From NCBI RefSeq assembly GCF_006345805.1, contig NC_043011.1, positions 39,754,464 to 39,818,463 of the forward strand: a DNA stretch of 64,000 nt, given 5' to 3'. The position numbers and the translations under genes are program-made. Position 1 is the stretch's first letter, and each line of letters starts with the position of its first letter. Below, piece by piece: positions 53,285 to 64,000 of this stretch. The notes beneath the pieces were generated by a model that worked only from the letters and a program-made list of their open reading frames with translations, was not told the origin of the DNA and did no database searches. The stretch comes from Octopus sinensis. Its lineage: Eukaryota.

Positions 53285-53719
53285 GTCACATTTTCTATAT
53301 GTGTGTGTACCTTAAAAAACATCAATCATCACGACACACACCTTCACTCACTCACTCTATCTCTTTCTCACCCTCTTCCTTTCTCACATACACATGCGCA
53401 ATCACACACGTATGCACGTACCCCCCCCCACACACACACACGTCCATTTCATATCGATGTACATATATCTTTCACTTTCTTTCTCTGCTCTTTTCACTTT
53501 CTCTTCTTTCAATTTCAGCTCTCTTCAAATAAAATTTTTACAGATACAACTGCTTACAAAAATAGGGATGCATATATACAGACACACACACATATATATA
53601 TATATATGTATATACATACATATGTATGTATATATATGCATATGTATATGTATGTATATATTTACATATATATACATATATATGTACATGTACACACGTG
53701 TGTATATACATATATGTGC

Positions 53720-53751
<32 letters not shown>

Positions 53752-53753
<2 letters not shown>

Positions 53754-54790
53754 CATCATCATCGTTTAACGTCCATTTTCCATGCTAGCACAGGTTGGAC
53801 GGTTTAACCAGGGTCTGGGAAGCCAGGAGGCTGCACCAGGCTCCAGTCAGATCTGGCAGTGTTTCTACAGCTGGATGCCCTTCCTAACACCAACCACTCC
53901 GTGAGTGTAGTGGGTGCTATTTACGTGCCACCGGCACAGGTGCCAGGGGAGGCTGGCAGCAGCCACGATCAGTTGTTATTTTTTATGTGCCACCGGCACA
54001 GAAACCAGTCAGAGTGGCGCTGGCATCGGCCACATTCAGATGGTGCTTTTTACGTGCCACTGGCACAGGTATCACAACTACAATTTCCATTTGATATTTA
54101 TTTTGATGTTGATGTACTTGACTCAATAGTCTCCTCAAGCACAGCAGGTCGTTCTGCAATCCAAGGTAGTTTGGATGGGCTGGGGCTATGCGAAAACTGG
54201 TGCAGGAAGCAGCCATGAACTCACATTATTGTGAGGCCCAACGTTCGAAGGTCATGCTTGACTACCTCATCCCATGTCTTCCTGGGTCTACTTCTCCCCT
54301 GGATACCTTCAACTGTTTGGGAGTGGCACTTTTTCACACATCTCTCCTCATCCATTCGCAGTACATGACCATACCAGTGCAAACGTCTCTCTTGCATACC
54401 ACATCTGATGCTTCTTATGTCCAGCATTTCTCTCAGGGCGCTTACACTCTGTCGTGTGTGCACACTGACATTACACATCCAGCAGATCATGCTAGCTTCA
54501 TTTCTTTCAAGCTTGCGCATGTCCTCTGCAGTCACAGCCCATGTTTCACTACCATGAAGCATGGCAGTCCGCACACATGCATCGTACAATCTACCTTTCA
54601 CTATGAGCGAAAGACTCTTTGTCATCTGTAGGGGTAGAAGCTTTCTAAACTTTGCCCAGGCTATTCGTATTCTAGTGGTGACACTCTCTGAGCATCCACC
54701 TCCACTACTAACTTGGTCACCTAGGTAGCAGAAAACTATCAACTACTTCTAGTTTCTCCCCTTGGAGTGTGATGGAACCTGTTTTCTGAG
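53752..54790 (-). mobile_element. 5'-truncated RTE-clade LINE
   Basis: RT C-terminal ORF (YLGD...RIRIAWAKF...LYDACVRTAMLHGSETW...WYGHVLRM...RPRKTW), repeat-rich 3' UTR and (GAT)n tail. Confidence 0.92.
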
Positions 54791-54841
54791 TATCTGTGGT
54801 GTCTAGTGCCTCTGTGCATGTGGCACATGAAAGCTATCATG

Positions 54842-54873
<32 letters not shown>

Positions 54874-55299
54874 TATAAAATGTTAGTAGTAATATATGTG
54901 TGAAAAGGTTGAATTATATTTCATTAAGGACAAATCAAAATACATATATGTATATATATTTATATATATCATCATCATCATCCTCGTTTAACATCTGCTT
55001 TCCATGCTGGCATGGGTTGGACGGTTTGACTGAAGGCTCCAATCTGATCTGGCAAAGTTTCTACAGCTGGATGCTATTCCTAATGCCAACCACACCAAGA
55101 GTATATTGGGTGCTTTTAACGTGCCAAAGACACGAGGTCCTGTCAGGCAGCACTGGCATTGATTATGCTCAAATGGTGATTTTTAAGTTCTACCGGCACG
55201 AGTGCCAATCAGGTTGTGCTGTCATCGGCCATGACAATGACTTCACTTGACTCAACTAGTCTTCGCAAGTGCAGTTTATTGCCCAATGATTGAAGGGTT

Positions 55300-55470
55300 A
55301 TATATTGTTGTTGGCATCCTTTTTGTCTTGGGAGACAATGGAGTTGTGTATAAAATAATCTAGTCCGGCTTTTACATTTCATGTCCTAATACATCTCTTG
55401 CTGTAGCTGTATAGTCCTATCCTGGACGAACACTCCCTCTGGCAGGTGCCGCAAATGTAGCGAAGACTTA
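55300..55470 (-). mobile_element. RTE LINE extreme 3' end with zinc-finger remnant
   Basis: [23 protein letters not shown] followed by a tccattgtc...aggatgcc terminus. Confidence 0.75.
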
Positions 55471-55574
55471 TATATATATATATATTATATATATATATAT
55501 ATTATATATATATACACACACACTTACATACATATACCTATGTGTGTAGGTTTGGGTGTGGGTGTATATGGATC

Positions 55575-55628
<54 letters not shown>

Positions 55629-55630
<2 letters not shown>

Positions 55631-55838
55631 GGTCCCGGGTTGAGTCGGGGTTAACCACAGTAAATAGCAGAGTAAATTAATTTATTTTAACCACAATACA
55701 TAGCAGAGTAAATTAATTTATTTTATAGAAGGAGCTTCTACAGGACTAGAACTGTTTCATTCAAATGAAACCATCAAGAAGCTTCCTGATGATTTCATTT
55801 GAATGAAACAGTTCTAGTCCTGTAGAAGCTCCTTCTAT

Positions 55839-55843
<5 letters not shown>
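55629..55843. ncRNA. Second copy of the palindromic hammerhead element; plus-strand core intact, minus-strand core mutated
   Basis: Same GGTCCCGGGTT head and same palindrome. Plus-strand fold at 55780-55830. Minus-strand core reads UUGAUGG. Confidence 0.72.
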
Positions 55844-55880
<37 letters not shown>

Positions 55881-56579
55881 CATTTACATACTTATGTCTC
55901 TGTGTGTATGTATGTGCGCAGGTGTGGGTAGGTGTGTGTATGTGTGTGGATCTATTCATGTGTATACATAAGCAGAGAAGACATACATACAGTCACATGG
56001 AAATGCATGCAAATACACACAAATGGACAAGTGGAGACAAATATAAAGATAGGCAAACACAAACGGTTATATATGTGCATACACACATACCCCTTTCCTC
56101 CCCCACACACATCTGTATATAGATATGCATATTCATGATGGTGGCTATATCATGTCAAATGACACCTGTCTCATGTGACATCTGTACATCACTGGATTAA
56201 AGTGTTGTGTGATTGTATGACAAATATTCCTCTCCTTGACCCTTCAGTATCTAAACCGACCATACCAGGCCCAAATATTTGACCTGTCTTATGCTCAATC
56301 CAGTCAGATCTGGCCTGTTGCACCTACCTTACAATGTCATTCTAAAAATAAGCAGCCATATCATTGAATCCTTGAAGCTATGAGATAATGAAGGATTACT
56401 TCAAACCAATGTAAATAGATAAGCTGACTTTGGACAGAGTAATCTGAATGCTGAATGGTTAAAGCAGTGGTTGTTGACCTTGTTTTACTTATGGACCCTT
56501 TTGGTTCCAATTTTATTCTAGAGGGCTCCCAAAGCCATTTGATGTTTAAAAAACACTAGTTTTATGACAAAATATTAGC

Positions 56580-56975
56580 AGGACTGGCTGAGTGGTAAGT
56601 AGCTTGCTTACCAGCCACATGGTTCCGGGTTCAGTCCCACTGCATGGCACCCTGGGCAAGTGTCTTCTATTATAACCTCGGGCCGACCAAAGCCTTGTGA
56701 GTGGATTTGGTAGATGGAAACTGAAAGAAGCCCATCGTATATATATATATATATATATATATGTTTGTGTGTGTGTGTGTGTCCCCCAACATCGCTTGAC
56801 AACTAATGCTAGTGTGTTTACGTCCCCGTAACTTGGCGGTTTGGATAAAGAACCCGATAGAATAAGTACTTGGCTTACAAAGAATAAGACCGGGGGTCAA
56901 TTTGCTCAACTAAAGGCGGTGCTCCAGCATCAGTCAAAATGACTGAAACAAGTAAAAGAGTAAAGAGAAACAAGT
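56580..56975 (+). mobile_element. tRNA-derived SINE (family A) with an internal (TA)/(GT) microsatellite, nested in an hAT-like MITE (~56464-57107)
   Basis: A-box tggctgagtgg, B-box ggttcagtccc. Similar copies at 19775-20170, 22319-22445, 58770-59145 (-), 61640-61890 (-). Confidence 0.82.
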
Positions 56976-57429
56976 AAAAGGAATTGTATTAAAAAAATTT
57001 TGTCAAGATATTTTATGCATTGCAGAAGTATTATCAATTTATTGCAAATAAACTTTAAACTTATATGGACACGCCTGGGAGCTATTTGGACCCCAGTTGA
57101 GAATCGTTAAAGTATGTTTAGCTAAATATCCAGTGACGATAATGAGGGAGGGGACTGAGAACTATTTCAGCAGTAGCCTTTTATATTAGAGTGATTCTAG
57201 ACTTTTCCAGTTAAAGGATAGCCACGAGTCGATAGGAGTTTCATTAAGGAATTACCCCTTCTCTGAGAGGTTTTTCTGCATGCCCTGACCAGTGCTAAGG
57301 AAGTGGTATACAAAATTTTCAAATCTGACCTCTCAATTTATGGTATCACTTTCTCCAACTCTAGCACCCCAGTAAAAGATATCTCTGTGTCTTCTATTTG
57401 TAATCAGATTAATCATACATACATACATA

Positions 57430-57855
57430 CCCAGGCCTTTTCCCCATTTTTTTTTTAGGAGAGGGTAACCACAACAAAACATACCAGGCATTTCATTCAT
57501 TTCCCAGCTCAAAGAAGTGAGCTCCGTTCTATGCTCGGGTCAAGGCATAGAATGCAACCCCCAATATCAGTAGTGGGGCCCAACAGCATATGCTGGTTTA
57601 CCCCCATCGCATCATGCTGGTTTCGTACCCCTTTGAGCAACAACAAATTCACTCATCCATCCACAAACACTCTCCAAGCTTTCCTATCATTTATAAACTC
57701 TCTTGCCCCTCTCACTCCAACACTTCTACTCACCAAAGTTTTCCTCTTTCCATCCATCTACACAAACCAAGGTCTGCCTCTGGTTCTGCTGCCTACCACT
57801 TCTGCCTTCATCACCCTCCTTATCATCCATTCCTCATCCATCCTCTCCATATATT
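57430..57855 (-). mobile_element. RTE-like LINE 3' end
   Basis: RMDEEWMIRRVMKAEVVGSRTRGRP on the minus strand, plus 3' UTR. Confidence 0.7.
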
Positions 57856-59176
57856 TCTAATATTGATGGAAAACACATACGTTTTCAACACCAATGTGAA
57901 TTATGGGGTAATTATTTAACACCCTAACCTGTGAGAATTTAGATTTAAAGGTTATATCTATAATGTTGTGGTATTTTTATATCATTTATTAAATAAGTTA
58001 TAAACTATGAAACATAAGACAAAACAGAAAAAAAAACAGGCTGTTTTTATCAAATAACTAAAATGATATAAAAGAAATAGACTATAAAAATACTATAAAA
58101 AAATCAGAAATATCTTTGTTTACCAGTTCAAAAAGCTAGAATACATCAAAGTTAAAACTAAAATATTGAACATCTAATGCAACTAAACAAATAACTATTT
58201 TAACCCATTTGCTATGATATTTCTGTGGAAATATAGTGCCATTGTTTCAATTGATTTTGAAATTAACGAAGAATTTAGTGAAATAACTTAGCTGATGTTT
58301 AGAACATGAACTCAAACAAATTTTTAAAGGAAGGCTTTAATCTAGCTCACATTAAATTTGTATGTTTTAATGTTTTAAGTAAAAGCGGGAAGTTTGTATA
58401 ACAGAACGAGGGTTGGTCTCAGACTGGTTGGCATCAAAACAGTTAAAAGAAATAAACTCAATTAGATACATAACCCTTTCTTTTTCGAGAATTAAGCATT
58501 GTTTAATTATAAACTCTAAGTTAATTTAGCATGAAGGTTCCTTTAAATGAAATAAAAATTATACTGTGAAGGATTGAAAAATTTATCCCTACAAAAATTA
58601 TAAAAGAAATGCTGCAACTATAGGAGTTACTTAAACATTAAAAAAATACAAATACAAAATTTACTAAAAATCTTGTTCATAGAAACAGAATTGCTTTTAT
58701 CAATTTCTTCTGTGCCAGTTTGTGTAATGAAAAAAATGCAAACACAGATTCAATCATATATATATATTTTCTTTTACTTGTTTCAGTCATATGACTGCGG
58801 TCATGCTGGAGCACTGCCGTTAGTCAAACAAATTAATGCCAGGACTTATTCTTTGTAAGCCTAGTACATATTCTATCAGTCTCTTTTGCTGAACTGCTAA
58901 GTTATGGGGATGTAAACACAGAAACATCGGTTGTCAAACGATGGTGGGGGAACAAACACAGATACACAGACACATATATATATGATGGGCTTCTTTCAGT
59001 TTCTGTCTACCAAATCCACTCACAAGACTTTGGTCAGCCTGAGGCTATAGCAGGGGGTACTTGCCCAAGGTGCCACACAGTGAGACTGAACCCAGAATCA
59101 TGTGGTTGGAAAGCAAGCTTCTTACCACACAGCCACACCTGTGCCTATATATATATAATAAATATTTAGCGCTTAT

Positions 59177-59230
<54 letters not shown>

Positions 59231-59232
<2 letters not shown>

Positions 59233-59421
59233 TCCCGGGTTGATTCGGGGTTAACCACAGTAAATAAGGTACTCAATACATAGCAGAGTAAATTAATTTA
59301 TTATATAGAAGGAGCTTCTACAGGACTAGAACTGTTTCATTCAAGAGAAATCATCAGGAAGCTTCCTGATGATTTCTCTTGAATGAAACAGTTCTAGTCC
59401 TGTAGAAGCTCCTTCTATATA

Positions 59422-59427
<6 letters not shown>
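59231..59427. ncRNA. (TA)n-embedded element with a 132-bp perfect palindrome (59296-59427) encoding a type I hammerhead ribozyme fold on both strands
   Basis: AGCUUC-CUGAUGA-UUUC(UCUU)GAAU-GAA-ACAG(UUCUAGUC)CUGU-A-GAAGCU at 59360-59410. The minus strand reads the same because of the palindrome. Confidence 0.75.
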
Positions 59428-59466
<39 letters not shown>

Positions 59467-60016
59467 TGCATTGGTGTGTGTGGGTATATATGTGCTTGTG
59501 TTGCCTTGTCCTGACATTGTGTGACAATTGTAAACAAACACAACTGTTATTCAACTGGTAGCCTTTGTTTACAATATTCCATGAAAACATATCTGGACAT
59601 GGGGAAATTCCTTACTTGGAAACAAGTGAGAGATGAGGAGAATAAGGGCATCTAGCAGCAGATAATCTGCCTCTGTGAATTCTCTCCAAAACATGCAAGC
59701 AGAGAAAAGTGAACATTAAATTGATGAAGAGGAGGAGAATTTGTAATCTGGATGTATTGCATTTATGTACTTTATGGGGGATGTTCCTACCTTATCTGTG
59801 TCTATGTATGCATGACCGTGTGTGTGTGTGTGTTGTGTGTGTGTGCATGTGTATGTGTGTGTGTGTGTGTACAAAGGTAGACTTGTAGGTAGGCTGATGA
59901 ATGAGTCCACCATGCAGACATATGCATACATATATCCAAACACAAATATCTACATGAAAGATACATATATACAAGAGTACAAACAATATACACACACACA
60001 TATACACATCATACAA

Positions 60017-60061
<45 letters not shown>

Positions 60062-60769
60062 CTCATTCATACACACATATACATACATACATATATATAT
60101 AAACACACACATATATCTATATATATATACACACACACACGAGAACACATATTGAACTATCATGCCAGCTTTTAAACAGCTGTGTTCATTTTGAAAGGAC
60201 ATCTAGGAGATACCTGCCGTGAATACAATAACAAAATAATTCAATGTAATGCAACTCAGGTGGATAATGAAAGGAGAAAAAAAAGGAAAACGACATAAAC
60301 AATCTGCACCAAAAAATTGGACAGTCCGATCTCATCAATAAGCTTGCAGCCCACCGAGATCTTATGAAAGAAATGAGAAATTTCAGAAAGATTCTACACG
60401 ACTAGGAAATTAATAAACTTTGAAACATGAGCTCAAAAAAGCGTATGAAAATACTATAAGCCAGCGTTAATCACAAGTTTGTTTCTAATCTGCTTGTTGT
60501 GGGTGGTATGCTCCCCCCCTGGGGGTAGGGGTAAAAAGATCGAGGGTTTAAGAAAAGTGGGGTGACCAAAACAGGGAACCACTGTACTAGAGGATGAAGA
60601 AAAACAATATTTATAGAAAAAGAGCTCCTTTCAGTTAAAGATTTGGAAATAAAATCTTCCTGTTTTATACTAGTTTCAGTTATTGGACTGTGATTATGCT
60701 TTTTTTAAAAAGTTTGGTACTTATTATATTGAATTCTTTTACTCCCTTTCCCTCTCTTGTGTCCTGGCA

Positions 60770-61625
60770 TATTCATGCCTTTGACTAATCATGGCTTGTT
60801 CCTCCTCCTTTTATTTCTGTCTCTCGCAACATCACCCAGGTCTTTCTCGCTCTGCACACTCATTCTCTTCTTCATCCAGTTGAACATCTTCATTCTCTGC
60901 CTTCTTCTCGCTCTACTTCCATCATCATCATTGTTCGACCGTGGTCGAGACAATGGAATTTACCATGCTACGCCAGACTTCACGGTCCATCATGGCATTA
61001 CAGAGGTCCTGTTGCTGGATGCCTGTATCCCTGGAGATTACATCAGGGTAGGAGAGTGTGCGCCCTCTGGTATTGCGAGTAGATGGCTTCCAGAGGAGAA
61101 GAGTAGAAATTACCTCAGCTCAGTCTCCACCATGTAATGCTCCATTCTGTCATCTTCTCTGAGAAAATGACCAACAAATCTCCACTGTCTCTCTCTGATA
61201 GTATCCACCAACTGTCTCTTCATTTTCATCTTCTTCAACACTTCCACATTCGTCACCCTCTGTACCCAAAAGATTCTAAGCATTTTTCTGTAAAACCACA
61301 TTTCTGCAGCTTTGAGTCTCTTCTTCATGACTTTGCTTATCGTTCAAGACTCACATCCATACATTAGCACCAACCAGATGTAGCACTTCAATAGTCTTTT
61401 CTTGACTTCCATTCCAATTCTTTTTGCACAAAAAATGCTCCTCATATCCATAAAAGTCTTCTTTGCTAATCCAATTCTGCATTTGATGTCCTTATCTGAC
61501 CTTCCATCTGATGTTATCCAACTTCCCAGATATACGAAACTGTCCTTCTACTCTATCCCAGTTCCATTCACCGTCAAGCAATATGTGGATACCTGTGCTT
61601 TCTTGATACAGACCATTGAGAAGGT
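60770..61625 (-). mobile_element. RTE-like LINE fragment carrying a nested LINE 3' end (~60930-61112)
   Basis: LKAAEMWFYRKMLRIFWVQRVTNVEVL...RFVGHFLRED is interrupted by WKPSTRNTRGRTLSYPDVISRDTG...MMDREVWR plus (GAT)n. Confidence 0.82.
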
Positions 61626-64000
61626 TTTCTGGCATTTACTGAACTGTTAAATTACAGGGACGTAAACAAACCAGCACCGTCTGTCAAGCAGTGGTGGTGG
61701 ATGGAGACAAAGACACAGACACACATAAACATAGATACTATGGGCTGCCACAGTTTCTCTCAGCCAAATTCACTCACAAGGCATTGGTTAGCCTGGGCTA
61801 TTATAGTAAAAGACAGTTGCCCAAGGTGCTGTGCATTGAGTTTGAACCTGAAACCACATGGTTGCAAAGTGAGCTTCTTTACGCACAGTTGTGTTGGTAA
61901 AATTTTATTAAGAACACATCATGGAGAGGCGCAAACAAGAAAGAATATTTCCCCAACATCAAGAATAAAACTTATGTAAATGATGCTGAGACTTTCACTA
62001 AAGTTCTGTAAAAGCACCAAGAAGGGACATGACTGATACAGGTAGAAGAGATCGAGGTTCAACAGAAAGTCACTAATATGTAAATTTTAAAAGAACTATG
62101 GGAGGTCAGATTGACATGTGACATTGATTTGCCAAATCAAGGACAAATCTTATAGCCAAGAATGAAAACATTGACTTGGCAGAAAACTAGAGGCTTGCTG
62201 CTTGCCAAAACATTAAACACAGACTTGATACATTACACAAACTGACTCAACCATTTCCTCTAAGACAATTGTTAGTCCAAGAATATAATGACTGATAAGC
62301 TGCAAAGCAGAAAGAAAGAACTGTGGGGATGTGCCAAACACTTTCTGTTGATATAAGGATGATATTTGGCCAAAAGATATGCTCGTATTTCATAGTTGAG
62401 TGTTGAAAAAACTGCTTCCCAAATCTTTACAAGAATGATCTCTCTATCTTCCCTATTCTGCACCATGAGTGCTACAAATACCTAGATATTGGAAACATAT
62501 CATACAAAAGCATTATGGACAAAAACAGAGGTGGTGGAGTGTCAAACAATATTTTACCATATTTTAAAAAAATATGGTAATCTGATATTTCCACTTTACA
62601 CGACAATAATCTCATAATGTATTCCAATGCAAATACACCAACATTTGGGATATCTGACTGGTCTGTAGGGATATTCTACATGAATATTAAAATCTGCAGG
62701 AGTTTGACATCAACTAGAGGCTCCCTCAGAAACAGTGGCAATGGCAGGACCAATCTCAAAAGAAGAAAAGAAGAATCTTTTAGTGCTATATAGTATCCTC
62801 AAGAAAGACTGTCCAGGGATAAATACCCCATCGTTTCTAAACACAAACAAAACTAGTGGAACATTCCCCAATCAAAACTTGTGCTAAATGCCACCATAAT
62901 ATGCCTGATATAGTTCTTTGAGACAGAAAAGAAAAATTAGGTAAAGTCATAGAGGTTAGCTGCCTGGCAGATGTAAACTTTTCTTTCAACATTTGTGACA
63001 AAGAACATATTTATAAACAACTGTGTTGAAGCCTACAACCTGTTAGCCTGCTTCTTCCAGATTATGAATTTACATTTATACCAATAATTTTGGTAAATGC
63101 TTAATCTAGAAAAGCTAGGATTTTCAGGCAAAGAAAGAGACCAGCTAACACACTATACAAACCTGTTAAGTGGAATAGTAAAATATACAAGATTTTTGTT
63201 CAGTTCAACATGAAATTCTAATTACTGTTATTATCCAAATTCTAATGATGAAGCTTTGTTTCATTGCTAAAACCACCTCCTTTATAGAAAGAACTGAAAT
63301 AATTAAAAAAAGAAAAATATGTGCACAGACATTCACAAACACAGACATGTGTGTTTTATACATACCAATCCTATGACTAGCATCCGGCAGATGCCAGGGC
63401 CGCCTCGACTGGCTTCCGTGTCGGTGGCACATAAAAAGCACCATCCGAATCGTAGCCGAAGCCAGTGCTGCCTCGACTGGCTTCCATAAAATGCACCATC
63501 CGAATTGTGGCCGATGCCAGCGCCGCCTCGACTGGCTTCCGTGTCGGTGGCACGTAAAAAGCACCATCCGAATCGTAGCTGAAGCCAGTGCCGCTTCAAC
63601 TGGCTTCCATAAAATGTACCAATCCGACCGTGGCCGATGCCAGCCTCGCCTGGCACCAGTGCAGGTGGCACGTAAAAAGCACCCACTACACTCACGGAGT
63701 GGTTGGCGTTAGGAAGGGCATCCAGCTGTAGAAACGTTGCCAGATAAGACCGGAGCCTGGTGCAGCCTTCTGGCTTCCCAGATCCCCGGTCGAACCGTCC
63801 AACCCATGCTAGCATGGAGAACGGACGTTAAACGATGATGATGATACATACATACACTGCATTACATTATATTAGTTTACAGACATGCACACAGATGCAC
63901 GTGTTCACGTTTATATAGATGCATGCAGTGATACACAAGTTTATTACTTTTACTTGCCAAGATATCAGTTACTTAAGGCAATTAGATTTGGTCATATGAA

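Noticed and set aside
56580-56650. tRNA gene
   Set aside because: A/B boxes run directly into SINE body sequence; this is a SINE head, as are the other tRNA-like motifs.
61980-63200. Possible ancient non-LTR reverse-transcriptase remnant (YKYL-like words)
   Set aside because: Too degraded to support a frame or classification by eye.

Overview
AT-rich, microsatellite- and transposon-dense animal genomic DNA. The repeat content suggests an octopus or other coleoid cephalopod (inference). The window holds most of one minus-strand gene, an organellar Na+/H+ exchanger of the SLC9A6/7/9 (Drosophila Nhe3) type. I resolved 11 coding exons, homologous to roughly exons 3-13 of the vertebrate genes, with one continuous reading frame. 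The 5' exons were not found and the C-terminal exons run off the left edge. Two introns are minor-spliceosome (U12) type: a ~7 kb AT-AC intron and a 1.8 kb intron with non-canonical GT-AT ends. The introns contain tRNA-SINEs, RTE, L1/Tx1 and R4/Dong-like LINE fragments, a decayed mariner, and TTAA, hAT and Tc1 MITEs. Four things stand out. (1) Several hammerhead-ribozyme folds of the Penelope-like-element type, including two copies of a (TA)n-embedded palindrome that carries a complete type I hammerhead on both strands. (2) A ~4.9 kb composite insertion: hairpin, hierarchical satellite, G4-type 37-bp minisatellite and an inverted copy of the neighbouring 1.1 kb. (3) A cluster of (TA)n-anchored hairpin elements. 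(4) A (GAT)n-tailed 28S rRNA fragment sitting inside a SINE. All structures were read by eye; no searches or folding programs were run.
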